A DNA stretch of 64,000 nt, taken from assembly GCF_006345805.1 (NCBI RefSeq), contig NC_043009.1:7936001-8000000 (forward strand). Reading direction: 5' to 3'. The notes beneath the pieces are model-generated. The model was not told the DNA's origin and did not search any database. It saw only the letters and a list, made by a program, of their open reading frames with translations. Position numbers and translations under genes: made by a program. Positions within the stretch are counted from its first letter, which is position 1. Each line of letters opens with the position of its first letter. This document shows, piece after piece, positions 38,952 through 52,135 of this stretch. This stretch comes from Octopus sinensis. Its lineage: Eukaryota.

Positions 38952-40219
38952 TGTTGGGTCATCCCACAAATAATGCAGATTTTTTTATACAATTTTTTTA
39001 TAAAATTAAGATAAACAAAGTTCTTTTTTAATCTCAAATATACTCTCCTTCATTTTCTACAATGCTCTTCCATCTATCTGGCAGACTTGCAAGGCCTGTT
39101 TCAAAATTCACATATATGTGATGAAAAATACTCCTCCAGTACTGTTCTGACTTCATCTACAAAATTTATATTTTTTCCGTCTAAATGATTTTGAAGACTG
39201 CAGAATAAATGATAATCAGATAGAGCAATGTCTGGAGAATATGGTGGATGGGGCATCGTTTCCCATTTAAACTGCTGCAGTTTTGGAATGTCATCCTCGT
39301 TATATGTGGCCAAGCATTATCCTGTTGGAAGAACACCTTTCGTCTTGAAGCCAAAGATGATCGTTTTTCTTCTAGCGCTGACTTAAGCTGCTCAAGCTGC
39401 TCACAGTTGATCTCCCTTGTTATCATTTGGTTTGGGTTTAAAAATTCAAAGTGGACTAAACCCTTCATATCCTACCAAACAGATAACATCTTATGTGGGT
39501 GAAGACCTTCTTTAGCCTGGGGTACCAGAGTTTCTCCTTTCCCTACCCACTGTCTTCGGTGCTTGACATTTTTATAGAGAACCCATTTCTCGTCACCAGT
39601 CACTATTTGGTCCAAAAAAGGTTCATTCGTGAGACATGACAGCAAAGAAGAGCGCACATTCACTCTCTGCGTGCGATTACATTTGGAAAGTTTGTGAGGA
39701 ACTCATTGACCCAATTTGCTGACTTTTCTGATGGCATGCAAGTGCCATTGAATGACCAAATCCAATCTTCTCTGCTAGTTCAACAGCTATGATGGGATTT
39801 TGTTCTACTAGGGTTTACAGGATGTCCTTGTCAAGCTCTACAGATCTTCCAGGACAAGGCTTGTCTTCTAGGCTGCAGCTTGGAATTTCTGGAACCACTG
39901 TTGACACTGGCTTATGTTTATTGTCTGATCCCCATATACTGCATTAATATTCCTCACACTTTCCATTGTGTTGTTGCCTTTATTGAACTCATGAAGCAAA
40001 AATATGCCAAATATGCTCCTTTGTCACTTCCATTATAGCTTAGAAAAAAATAACTGTTAAAAATCGAACTGCACTCTTCAAAACTTGCACTAAGAATAAG
40101 CACAAGGTAAAATTATTACATGGTTTTGTAGCAAGTTGATGCAGGTAGTTTATCCTGCCCCCTTCTGACTTTTAGTTCATGCAATTGGAAAAAAACTATT
40201 ATTTATGGGCTGACCCAAT
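38952..40219 (-). mobile_element. Decayed mariner (DD34D) transposon with TIRs
   Basis: TIRs TGTTGGGTCATCCCACAAATAATG / TATTATTTATGGGCTGACCCAATA in TA context. Fragments IVTGDEKW, MLSVW, FQQDNAWPH and HPPYSPDIALSDYHLF; spacing of 34 between the last two Asp after one frameshift repair. Confidence 0.9.
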
Positions 40220-40694
40220 ATATACATATATCTCATATAATGAATGTGAAAACTAATTTCTGTGTGTCAGTGTGTCACACTTGCCCCCCCCCCCTCTTTC
40301 ACTGTTCAATGACACTCCTATTCCTCATGATGGGGTAAGAGTAATAGTAGGCATAGAGCAGAGAGGGAGAGAAAGAGAGACAAAGAAATTTAGGGAGAGT
40401 TGATGTTTTATTAAAAGTAGTGGTGTTGGTGGTGGCAGTGGGAGTAATAATAAAAGAGAGAAAGAGGGAAATGATGTACAACTTTGTTTAACCATGTCTC
40501 TTTGACAAATTCCTGTCGCCGACATACTGAACACCATCATTTTTGTTTTATTTTTTGCTTTCTTTAATACATATATATGTATATACACACACATATAAAA
40601 TACAGTTTAACTGAAATAAAGTTTCACCCAAATTAAACATATCTAATATGATAAGCGTGAATGTTTGTGTTACACTTTTTCAACTTTAATAAAT

Positions 40695-41230
40695 CCTTTC
40701 TGCTAGAAGCACAAGGCCTCAAATTTTGGGGGAAGGGATTAAGTCAATAACATCGACCCCAGTATGGAACTGGTACTAATTTTATTGACTCAAAAAGGAT
40801 GAAAGGCAAAGTTGACCTTGGCGGAATTTGAACTCAAAACTTAATGTCAGACAAAATATCGATAAGCATTTTGCCCGGCCTGCTAATGATTTTTGCCAGC
40901 TCGCCGCTTTAATATAATAAAATAAATGTAAATGTTAGTGTGTCAGTGTGTCACACTTTTTCAACTTTACTCCTAGAGGTGATAGCCCAACATATACCTA
41001 TTTCTTTATTACCCACAAGGGGCTAAACATAGAGGGGACAAACATGGACAGACATAGGTATTAATTCGATTACATCGACCCCAGTGCATAACTAGTACTT
41101 AATTTATCAACCCCGAAAGGATGAAAGGCAAAGCCGACCTCGGCGGAATTTGAACTCACAACGTCACGGCAGCCGAAATACTGCTAAACATTTCGCCCGA
41201 CGTGCTAACGATTCTGCCAGCTCGCTGCCC
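40695..41230 (-). mobile_element. Two adjacent Meta/Deu-like SINE copies (40695-40910 and 40999-41230)
   Basis: Family motif present in both. The second has a 14-bp TSD GCCCAACATATACC. Confidence 0.8.
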
Positions 41231-41239
41231 AACATATAC

Positions 41240-41660
41240 CATTTTAGAACGAAACTGACTCTGTGAGTAAATTAAAAACATTCCAGGCCGAATCCGAACC
41301 TACAATCTTGAAACTTTGGATTCCCATTTTTTCATTACAGCGATTGTTTTTGACGATTTTTTTTTTTTTTTTAGGTGACTTTTTGCAACAAATTTATAAT
41401 CTAAAGGCTAACTCTGTGAGTAAATTAAAAACATTCTGGGCCGAATCCGGACCTGGAATCCTGAAATTTTGGATTCCTACATTTTCATTACTGCAATTGT
41501 TTTCAGTGATTTTTGTGACAAATATGATCATCATTGGGATATGACTCTGGAGGAAGCAACTGCAACAAATTCTCCAAAACAAGTCAGGGATCTGTTTGCA
41601 GATCTTCCCATTCAGGGTCAGTTGCTTAAAAGTTATATAGGGTGGCTTTTAAGCTAGTGA
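41240..41660 (+). mobile_element. Helitron-derived remnant with an internal ~153-bp duplication
   Basis: DHHWDMTLEEATATNSPKQVRDLFA (41526-41600) matches the Helitron RepHel D-x-x-W-x-x-x-L-x-EA...Q-x-R-x-LFA motif. ACTCTGTGAGTAAATTAAAAACATTC occurs at 41258 and 41411. Confidence 0.6.
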
Positions 41661-41680
41661 TATATGTGTGTGTGTGTGTG

Positions 41681-41731
<51 letters not shown>

Positions 41732-43937
41732 TTTTGTTTCTGACTTACAGTCAACTAACTGGGCAATACCCTATCATTTATATTCTGATTTCCGTAACTT
41801 TGCTAGCACGTATCTCTCTCTTGTCTACTCTATCATCCTATATATATTCTGATCCCTGTTCCTTCTGAGTGTGCCCTGGTACTAAGCCACCATCTTTCTC
41901 CTGTTCTCTCTTGCACTCTCACTCTCCTCCTCTCTCTTTCTCTTGCTCTCTCTCTCCCTCTGACTGTATCTCCTCTACATTAGCACACCTGTTTCTGTTC
42001 TCATTCTCAATCACTCTCTCTCTCTTTGACCAGGTAACCATGTATCACTTCAAGACCTCTATTTTTGTCATTCTGTTACACACTGAACTTTCATCATCTG
42101 ACATCAGACCACCTCCTCTAATGCTCCCTCCCATCTCAAAGGATCTTTGTCTTGCAAGTTTATTGAAGTAGATTTCCTACAGCCTGATGCACTTCCTGTC
42201 ACTAACCCTTACCTGTTTCCAAGCAATATGTTTCCCATGGCCAAACATGTTTTTGTAGAATGCAATAAACAATATTGAATGACATTCATTTACCACAACC
42301 ACATGATGTCAAGACAAGAAGAGACAAACACACACACACACACACACACACACGACGAGCTCCTTTTGGCTTCCATCTACCAAATCCACTCATAAGGCTT
42401 TGGTCAGCCTGGTGCTATAGTAAAAGACACTTACACTAGGTACCGCACAGTGGAACTGAACCCTAAACAATGTGGTTGAAAGCAGTCTTCTTAACCATAC
42501 AGCTATGTCTGCATACATACTTGTTAAGCCTTTGGAAATTCTACTAGAAACATGAATTATTCCTCTTCAATACAAAATCATTATAATGAATAATGGTAAA
42601 AAAAAAACAGAAAGCAAAAAACAACCCAGCAAAACAGAACAATGTCATCACCGTTATTGTGATTACTACCTACAGCTATGAAACAAACTATTGCAACTCC
42701 ACCACACCCACAACAATGAAACAAACCGCATCACTGCTGCCACCACCACCATCACAACCAGTAGTAAACAAATAGACAACTGTTACAAAGTGTAACATTT
42801 ACTTTTTAAATGTTGAAATTTATGAAGCAAATGTCCAGGTTCAGTGTTGAAACGAATTAAATCATAGACAATTTTTCAAATATAAATTTTAGTCTGATAA
42901 AAAGAAGTCTTTGCTGGCGTCTCCTTATTCTTACCAAAACCACCAGCAATGCCATGTAAAGCATGAATTATTCATCTTCTCTATGAAATCACTGTAAAAT
43001 CTTGGGATATATGAATGTAGTATTATATTAACACATTAAAGTTCATATTTTTTTTTAATGGAAATAGCTAATAATTTTTGGTATTTGACAGTATGCTGTA
43101 AAAATAAAATTAAATTGATAAGAGTTCATTTTAATTAAATAAGTAGAGTTGCAGGAAGCAGGGATGACTAAAATATATTTGTGTAAAGTTATATTTAATA
43201 TACTTGAACACACTTGGACATGGAAATACCTTCTGATGTGGAAATAGTTGCTGGAGACAATTCTCCTCTTAGACAATCAGTGAAAACACATTGGGCTGTG
43301 AATGATGTTAGTGGATCATAGGATGCAGGCATTTCTGTGTTCTTTCACATCATTAGCTATAAACACCAAAGCTGTCTTTCACAACTCAATAAGAATGAAT
43401 TTGTTCTTATATCAGGTTTGCTGATATATGTAAACTTGGTCACACTAGAACTAAATAAAGTTGTATTAAGCAGTATTGAATAAAATATAGTCATATAAAG
43501 TTTGATTCAACACATTGAAGTCAGCTTGGATGTAGGAAGACCTTCCACTGCACAAGTAGTCCAAGGAGAAAATTCATTTCCTTCCTTTTAAGTGGAAATA
43601 CGATTGGCAAGAATGACTTCATTGGATTGTAAGAGGCATATGTTTCTTTGTTCTTTCACATTATCAGCTATCTCCTTTCTTCTTTTTTTGCTCTCTCCTT
43701 CCTCCCTCTCTTCTGCTATTATCAGTAACGATGTCATCACACCACTAAACTAACTGCCAAGTTTCTTTATTAAAATTAGTTTCAGATTTTGACACAAGGC
43801 CAGTAATTTTGGAGGAGCAGGTAAGTTGATTCCATTGGCCCCACTGCTCAACTAGTATTCATTTTATCAAAACTGAAAAGATGAGCGGCAAAGTCGACCT
43901 CAGCAGAATTTGCACTCGGAACAATAGTGCAGTCAAT

Positions 43938-44007
43938 AGTGGGTTAGATGAGAGCTGAAGAAGGGGCAATGACCCCTGAAATATGGCATATACACTCATT
44001 ACCCACT
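43938..44007 (+). ncRNA. Type I hammerhead ribozyme motif, family 2, copy A
   Basis: CTGAAGA 43955-61; stem II AGGGG-CAATGA-CCCCT; GAAA 43978-81; stem III TATG-G-CATA; ATA triplet with cleavage after 43992; stem I ATGAGAG/CACTCAT (1 mismatch) extended by AGTGGGT/ACCCACT. Confidence 0.8.
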
Positions 44008-44168
44008 TTTGTCTTCAATTACATTGTCTGTTTACATCTGATGTCTCAATATGAAATATTGCAAAAATTAATGCTAGCTATAATGTAAAGAGCACTGCTG
44101 GCACAATAGAATGTGGTACTGACTCATGAAAACATTTAGTATACCTTATAATATATTGTGTTTACAAA

Positions 44169-44658
44169 AGGATCAGAATGGAAATCGATCAATGGAAATT
44201 GCAGATGTGTTACCAGTGCCGGTGGCATGTCGAAACTCTACTTGTGAAGACCCGTTGAGGCAAGTGAGGATCAGAATGGAAATCGATCAATGGAAATTGC
44301 AGATGTGTTACCAGTGCTGGTGGCATGTAAGAGAACCTTCCGTTTCGCGACCGTTGCCAGCACCGCCCCGTTTCGTGTCCGTTGCCAGCCTCGCCTGGCC
44401 CTTGTGCCGGTGGCACATAAAAAGCACCATCCGTTCGTGGCCGTTTGCCAGCTCTGTCTGGCACCTGTGGGATGGCACGTAAAAAGCACCCACTACGCTC
44501 ACGGAGTGGTTGGCGTTAGGAAGGGCATCCAGCCGTAGAAACACTGCCAGATTTGACTGGGCCTGATGAAGCCTTCTGGCTTCACAGACCCCAGTAGAAC
44601 CGTCCAACCCATGCTAGCATGGAAAACGGACGCTAAACGACGATGATGATGATGATGA
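44169..44658 (+). mobile_element. 5'-truncated RTE 3' UTR fragment with (GAT)n tail
   Basis: Shares modules (CTTGTGAAGACCCGTTGAGGCAAGTG; GGTGGCACATAAAAAGCACC) and terminal sequence with the RTE at 57193-60866. Confidence 0.88.
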
Positions 44659-44746
44659 AACCAACCCCAGGAATGCATCTAATATGTAAATTGGTATATC
44701 CAATAACTTAGCACTGCTGTATGCTGTGGCTATGTTTGGAGGCAAT

Positions 44747-44816
44747 AGTGGGTTAGATGAGTGCTGAAGAATGGGCAACGACCCCTGATATATGGCATAT
44801 ACACTCATTACTCCCT
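44747..44816 (+). ncRNA. Hammerhead ribozyme motif, family 2, copy B (core mutated GAAA to GATA)
   Basis: Perfect stem I ATGAGTG/CACTCAT, CTGAAGA 44764-70, stem II with one mismatch, GATA 44787-90, same stem III as copy A. Confidence 0.7.
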
Positions 44817-45158
44817 TTGTCTTTGATCACATTGTCTGTCTACATGTGACATCTTGATATGAAACGTTATAGTAAAAATCATTGCTAGCTATAAGTTCAA
44901 TAGAATATCTGTAGAAATAACCTAAACAAAATAATGTAAAGAGCACTGCTGATGCAATAGAATGCAGTACTGACTGATGAAAACATTTAGTATAGCTTAT
45001 AGTATATTGTGTTTGCATAACAAAGTACCATGTACCAACGGATCTTTAATAATCAGAGCATAAAGATGGATGAAATGCCGCTAAGGATTTTGGCTGGCAT
45101 GCTGACGATTCTGCCAGCTTGTCGCCTTAGTTACAATATTAATATTATGGTTTGTGTT

Positions 45159-45373
45159 AAGGTGGCAAGCTGGCAGAATTGTTAGCATGCTGGGCAAAAT
45201 GTTTAGCAGCATTTTGACCCTCTTCATGTTCTGAGATCAAATTCCACTGAGGTTAGCTTTGCTTTTCCATCCTTTTGGAGTCAATAAAATAAATACCAGT
45301 TGATTACTGGGGTTGATGTAATTAACTCAGTCCTTTCCCTGAAATTGCTGGCCTTGTGCCAAAATTTGAGACC
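45159..45373 (+). mobile_element. Meta/Deu-like SINE
   Basis: AAGGTGGCAAGCTGGCAGAATTGTTAGC...CCATCCTTTTGGAGTCAATAAAATAAATACCAG. Confidence 0.75.
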
Positions 45374-45765
45374 AATATTATCATGTGTGTATGTATGTGA
45401 ATGTTTCAGTAGGTCACTGGATTTGTGAAGTTAGTGTGCAAGCAAGGTAACTACACTGTTACAGATATGTATTGTATATGGAAAAGCAGTTTAAAGTGAT
45501 CCATGTGGAAAGAATACGCAGATGACCAAGGAAGATAGCTCTCAGCATGCTAAGGAAATGACTTATATTTGCATCAAGTAGTGAGACAAAGACCTAGAGA
45601 TCTATCCAACCCCTGTAAAAATGGATAAATGGATGTAAAAAAAAGTGGTGATGATGGTGTATTTATGTGTGTGTATGTATGTATATATATATATATATAT
45701 ATACACATACACACAAATATATATATATATATATATACACACACATGCATATATACACACATGTT

Positions 45766-45806
<41 letters not shown>

Positions 45807-46081
45807 ATATACACACAATGCATAAAGAGATGTGCTGCTAATACAGCTTAATGCCATCTTTATCTATTGTACATTTTAAACATCATTATTTATGCATTGC
45901 CATTTAAATACATGGCATTTATTTTGTAAAATATTGTTCTATTTACCTTATTACAGTCCACACAACCTACTTCAGCATCCACTGAATGTCACAGATGGGG
46001 ACACATTCATACATACTCAAGCATGCACACACAGGCAAAATAAGCATGTTCTATGCTGCATTGGTAAAATAGTTCTACCAT

Positions 46082-46445
46082 AGGTGCAGGAGTGGCTGTA
46101 TGGTAAGAAGTTTGCTTCCCAACCACATGGTTCTAGGTTCAGTCCCATTGCATGGCACCTTGGGCAAGTGTCTTCTGTAGCCTGAAGCCAACCAAAGCCT
46201 TGTGAGTGGATTTGGTAGATGGAAACTAAAAGAAGCCTGTCGTGTGTGTATTTGTGTCTGTGTGTGTACCCCCATCATTGCTTCATAATTGATGTTGGTG
46301 TGTTTACATCCCCATAACTTAGTAGTTTGGCAAAAGAGACCCATAGAATAAGTACTAGGCTTACAAAGAATAAGTCTTGGGGCCAATTTGTTTGACTAAA
46401 AGCAGTTCTCCAGCATGGCCACAGTCAAATGACTGAAAAAACCAA
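46082..46445 (+). mobile_element. CORE-type tRNA SINE, near full length
   Basis: GGTGCAGGAGTGGCTGTATGG...GCACCTTGGGCAAGTGTCTTC...CAAATGACTGAAAA. Further copies at ~42340-42515 (-), 47588-47740 (+), 47808-48195 (+) and 52600-53000 (-). Confidence 0.85.
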
Positions 46446-46652
46446 TAGAATACTGCATATTGCTATATATAAGAAATGTTTTTCATCTCATCCTTGAAAC
46501 AAAACATAATTTTGTGATTCGACCTTACTATTTCTTTGTGTCCGCATATTTTGAAATCATTTAATATATATGTTTCAGGTCTACATAGAATATGATAGGA
46601 AATGCATCCATTACATAAGACCTTCCAGAGTTAAAGTATTTCAATATATATA

Positions 46653-47526
46653 TAAGGTGTGGTAAGTAAATTCTTGCTATTTTATAATTTTGTTACGTGC
46701 ATGGGCATTGTTTGCTTTTGATTTTGTCAACTACACAGTATAGTAGGGTTAGTTGGGAACTGTCTGGTAGAAAAACAGTACCATGACGCAATTCAGTCTG
46801 CCTTAAATTTGGAAATGACATGCTGGATTGCTTGGCATTCATGCTGGGAGCTGAAATACAAACAGATGGTGAACACACAGAACAACCATTGGCTTGCCAT
46901 GTCCCCAAAACATGTACTAAGAGTGATAAAAATCAAACATCCAGTCAACATCATGGTGTTTCGAGTGATTACTAGCGATGGTGACGTTCATCTTCCCATA
47001 TGGCTTTAGATTCAACATGGAGGCCTACGTCAAATGCCTGGAGGAGTTAGTGCTACTCTGGGTCAAGAGAGAGGCTGTTGGAAGACCCAATGTATGGCAA
47101 CAGGACTCTGCACCACACCACACAAACAGAGAAACCCAGTCATTTCTGTCAGACAATTTCTGTGACCACATCACCCCTAATGTCTGACCACCTAACTCAG
47201 ACTGCAACCCCCTTGATTATTATGTGTGGGGTGCAGTTGAGCAAGAGACCAACAAAACTCCTTGTTACAGCAAAGATGAACTGAAGGCAAGGATTATGGC
47301 AGCATTCACCAACTTAAACTAGGAGACTTTCCAGAAGAGTTGCAGGAGATTCTGAAGTCGTCTAGAGGCTGTGGTTGAAGCCAATGGTGATTTTATTGAA
47401 TTAATTTACTTTTTAATATTTCAAGATATTTTAATGTAATTTTGGTAAATATATCTGTTAAAATGAGATGTCAGTATTATATCATTTTTGCATAATTTAG
47501 ATGACAGTATATTCACTGCACCCTTA
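46653..47526 (+). mobile_element. Decayed Tc1/mariner-superfamily transposon, maT (DD37D)-like
   Basis: Fragments HPVNIMVF-VITSDGDV, WQQDSAPHHT and PPNS-DCNPLDYYVWG. Right terminus AATTTAGATGACAGTATATTCACTGCACCCT; left end uncertain. Confidence 0.8.
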
Positions 47527-47530
47527 TGTG

Positions 47531-47588
<58 letters not shown>

Positions 47589-48217
47589 AGTGGCTCTTTG
47601 GTAAGAAGCTTGCTTCTCAACCACATGGTTCCAGGTTCAGCCCCACTGCATGGCATCTTGGACAAGTGTCTTCTACTATAGCCTCTGACCAACCAAAGCC
47701 TTATTAGTGGACTTAGTAGATGGAAACTGAAAGAAGCCCATTGCATATATATATATATATGTATGTATATATATTTGTGTATGTGTATGTATATATATAT
47801 ATATATAGGTGTAGATATGGCAGTGTGGTAAGAAGATTGCTTCCCAACCACATGGTTCCAGGTTCAGTCCCATTGCATAGCAGTAAGTATCTGCTTTGTA
47901 GCCATGAGCCAATCAAAGCCTTATCAGTGGATTTGGTAGAGAAACTGGAAAAGCTCTGTCATATGTATGTATATATATATATGTGTGTGTGTGTGTGTCT
48001 GCGTGGCTGTATTTGTTCTCCCATCACCACTTGACAACCGGTGCTGGCATGTTTACCTCCCTATAACTTAATGGTTCAGCAAAGAGACCAATAGAATAAG
48101 TACTGGGCTTAAAAAAATAAGCCCTGAGGTCGATCTGTTCAACTAAAATCCTTCAAGGCTCTCTAGCATTGCTGCATTCAAATGAGTGAAACAAATAAAG
48201 GAATATATATATATATA

Positions 48218-48600
48218 GATCCATAAAGAAGTGCGAATCTCTGGAAGTGAATGGAACTTGTGAAAGAGGAAGACCCGGGAAGACATGGAATGAGTTACTG
48301 AAGAATAACCTCAGGATACCAAACCTTTCAGACAAGATGAAAAAGCACCAAATACATCTGGCACTTTGCTGTATTCAAGAAGACCCATCCTCCACAGCAG
48401 AAGTGTTAAGGCCACTCACCCTGAAGAGGAAGACTAGCCTGCAGGAGTCCTGTGCTGGTGCCACATAAAAAGCACTCATGTTGGTGCCATGTTAAAAGTG
48501 CCCAGTACACACTGTAAAGTAGTTGGCATTAGGAAGGGCATCCAGCTGTAGAAGCCAAGCCAAATCAGATAAGAGCCTGGTGCAGGCTGGTGTAGTCCTC
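48218..48600 (+). mobile_element. Decayed RTE 3' fragment
   Basis: SLEVNGTCERGRPGKTWNELLK is homologous to AVEGTCGRGRPRKTWDEVVK of the RTE ORF, followed by the GTTGGCATTAGGAAGGGCATCCAGC tail. Confidence 0.8.
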
Positions 48601-49821
48601 CAGCTCTTCTGGGTGGCTTAGTGGACCACATTCTGCTCATATGTTCTATTTTGGCATAGTTTCTATGGTTAAATACTCTTCTTAACACCAAATATTCACA
48701 AAGTGTCTTGTGTATATTTTGATGTGGCACCAGCTTTAGAGAGGTTGCCATGTCCTCACTCAGACCAAAGGTGTCTCTTGACTTAGGTTGTCTCAGCTTC
48801 TTTAGCTCCCACTTTATAGTGTGTACTGGGTGCAATTTATCACAGCACCAGCACAGTTGCTCAGTGGTTCCATACATATAGAGTCTTCTCTATGACATAC
48901 ACATACACTCACACATCAAGATATGCTGTAAATGATTTCCAATTCATTATAAAAATGCTAATTTAATGCATGGAATTCAGTGTATAATTCAGTAAATGGC
49001 TATTATCTTCATGTTAGACAGGCATAATATCTGCAGCCTTTCAAGTTCAATGTTTATATTAGGTGTAAATCTATTTCAGCTCCATAATTCATAAAATATT
49101 GCGAAAATAGAAGCAGAATTTATAATGCTTACACTATGCCATTACAGAATGAGGAATGTGTGTGTGTGTGTGTGTGCGTGTGTGTGTAATGATTGAGATA
49201 ATTTTAAGAGATATATTATTCCATGTAAATGCATAAAATAGTAATAATGTGTGTTTGTGCATATGTATATAAATATATATATGTTAGATGTGTGTTTGTG
49301 TTAAAAATACAAATATGTGGATTTATAATGTGTTTATAATAGGCTATATTTGTTTGCTTGAATATGTTCGTACAAGTCACTTAACTTTTTTATTCTTATA
49401 TAAATAAATGTGTGTATGTGTGTACAAGAGTAGGCATGTGATTAAGCTTGCTTGTCAACCATGTGGTTTTGGATTCAGTCTCACTGAGTGGCACCTTGGG
49501 CAAATGTCTTCTAGACAGAAGTGGCACAAAGCTCATTGTGTGTGTGAATGTTTTACATTCTGCATTTTGCATGAAAAAGGTAGGAGTTATAACCTGTTGT
49601 TTGTTGACATTTCCTGTCAACAAATCATTTGCTAGTTCTGCACTTTCAAAGACCTGCAGAATAAATATTCCCTCACTTGAAAAAACTTATAAGAGTTAGC
49701 AACTGGAAAGGCATCCAACTGTAAAATAATCCCTTAGTAATATTCATTTGTCTAACCAATGTTAGCATGATAAAACTTTTTATTTGCTAAGAAGCAATAA
49801 ATTACAGAGTTCCCAGAGCTC

Positions 49822-49858
<37 letters not shown>

Positions 49859-51924
49859 GGCAATCCCTCTGGGCTGATTATTCACCTAATTTAACTTTTA
49901 TAGATATGATTATGTAGGTCAGGGCTGGATCTACAAGTCCTGTCACAGACAAGGCATCTTTTTGTTTTGTGGGAAACGATGCACAATGTTGAACAGTTTG
50001 TGCCACATTCTACAATTATACTTATTAAAATATTTGGTTTTTGCAATATCAAAGTGTTGGGTGTCTGGTGTTGGTTATTAACAAACAATTTCTTTTTTTA
50101 CATATTGTTGCCACACTTTCACAAATTTTCAAATGTCATTGAGTCACTTTCCTTTGTCAACCTTTTAATGCACTTCATTCATTCAGCAGTCTGTTTGGGC
50201 AACTGATGGTCACAATTCATCCAACTTAGCCTGGCTTTGCCTTCAAATATCATGTCTCATGATCATGACTTACTTGTTCTGACTTTGAATGTGCACGGTT
50301 TTATTTTCTGCCATCCCTGGTAATATTCATTTTATAGAAATGGTGTCTGACTTGTCCAGATTTCAGAGCTCTATAAAAGAGTGTGTAAACATGAAGAAGT
50401 TGTACCCATTCTTCTATATGGCTGATGACACTTCTTGATTACACTGGAAATGTCAGAAGGAAATCTTACACATCTATTGATATAACAAATAGAAGATTCT
50501 GTCCGGTATACTCAGGCAAGCCAATTTTTCTCTTGCATTGGAACTGTGGTTATGTGATGATATCAGCTTCAATGAACTGGCCATGTTGTACGAATGGTCA
50601 ACCAGCAGTAGCCCAAACAACTGTTTGACCCACAGATAATCTTTTAATTCATTTCAAATATGTATTTAAGAGTTTGAAAGTTTTGCGCCATTTTGGTGTC
50701 GATTGAAATATGCTTTGTAGAACATATTACAAAAGCTAACCATAATGATACATAATTTTCTGTTCAACTAAAGACACTCATGTTCTACAGAACACATCAA
50801 ATACACCCAAAATGAGACAAATATTTATGGTGCTCAAGGTATTTAAAATGAATTTAAAGAATTTTTAAAACTGACTATTGTCTAAATAACAAATGGAATG
50901 AATTTTTTAAGAATTGAGATTATTCCATACAAAACATTTATGGCAAACACCTTCAGAATTTGAGAAAACAAAACATGTATTGTTTTTGCAAGTGAGATAT
51001 GGCTTGCATTTTAGCTGGATACAAAAAAAAAAGACTAGTTTGGGTTGACTGCTAGCTGCTTTAAGTCAACACTAACTGAAGGATAAGAAATTTGGTGAAG
51101 AATTGAATAGTGTTGGCATTGATAACAACAACACTTCCTTTCAGAAACTGTCAAGGCCTGTAAATTGCTTAACCAGTTCAAAACAAAATCTGCCCAGAAA
51201 GAACTAAGAGTATATTGATACACAGGAACCATTTTAATTCCTCAAAAATTGAGGTCAAATTATTAAGTTCCTTGAAAGATTCAAAGTGGACTTCAAAAAT
51301 GTTAGAGACATACCTATTGTTTTTATATGAATGTTTTTCATTGCACTGAAAAACAATTAAGAAATTGTTGATGCACTTAGCATGGACAGTTACAAAAATT
51401 GTTTTCACCTTTTAGCAGTTAAACTGGTCATATCTGGCACAAATATTCCACCTGTTTTATGTTGAAAATGGCCAGATTCAGCTTCTCACACCTACCCTAT
51501 TATGTTGTCCTAACAATAAGCAATAACATCTTCAAAATCTCAACACTACAAGATAATACATAATTAATTTTATGGAATGTAAATAAGCATGGCATTTGAC
51601 AGAAAATCTGAATCTTAAAGAGATTCAAGTTAAACATTTAGTAAAACATTGAAAACATTTGTTTACTTTATGAAACATACTTATTATAATAAAATTATGA
51701 ATAACATGTTTTTCAAAAAGCTCAATCATTGGTATTTTCTGAAGCCCTAAATCATATATATCTAAATTTAAGGTACATCTAGATATATGTTGCAGCACAC
51801 CAGCACAGTGTGGCAAACTTTCTGAGAATCACTAATTCGAGTGGTTAAAAATGGAATAGATTTGAATAACTAAGATTACTTCCATTACAAAATACTTAGT
51901 ATTCAGAATGACTTGGTAGCATGT

Positions 51925-52135
51925 ATCATCATCATCATCGTTTAACGTCTGCTTTCCATGCTAGCATGGGTTGGACGATTTTGACTGAGGGCTGGTGAGC
52001 CAGATGGCTGCACCAGGCTCCAATCTTGATCTGGCAGAGTTTCTACAGCTTGATGCCCTTCCTAACGCCAACCACTCCGAGAGTGTTGTGGGTGCTTTTT
52101 ACGTGCCACTGACATGGGGGCCAGTCAGGCGGTCT
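51925..52135 (-). mobile_element. RTE 3' tail fragment
   Basis: (CAT)n followed by CGTTTAACGTCTGCTTTCCATGCTAGCATGGGTTGGACG...GATGCCCTTCCTAACGCCAACCAC. Confidence 0.85.

Noticed and set aside
44563-44584. CTGATGA followed by a hairpin in the RTE tail
   Set aside because: The hairpin is followed by TCAC rather than GAAA, and CTGATGA is not conserved in other tail copies.
49890-50700. Protein-like minus-strand fragments with a GTAAGT site at ~50270; faint resemblance to Tc1-like transposase or to a BEACH-family N-terminus
   Set aside because: Many stops and frameshifts and no diagnostic motif; the resemblances are too weak to call without a search.
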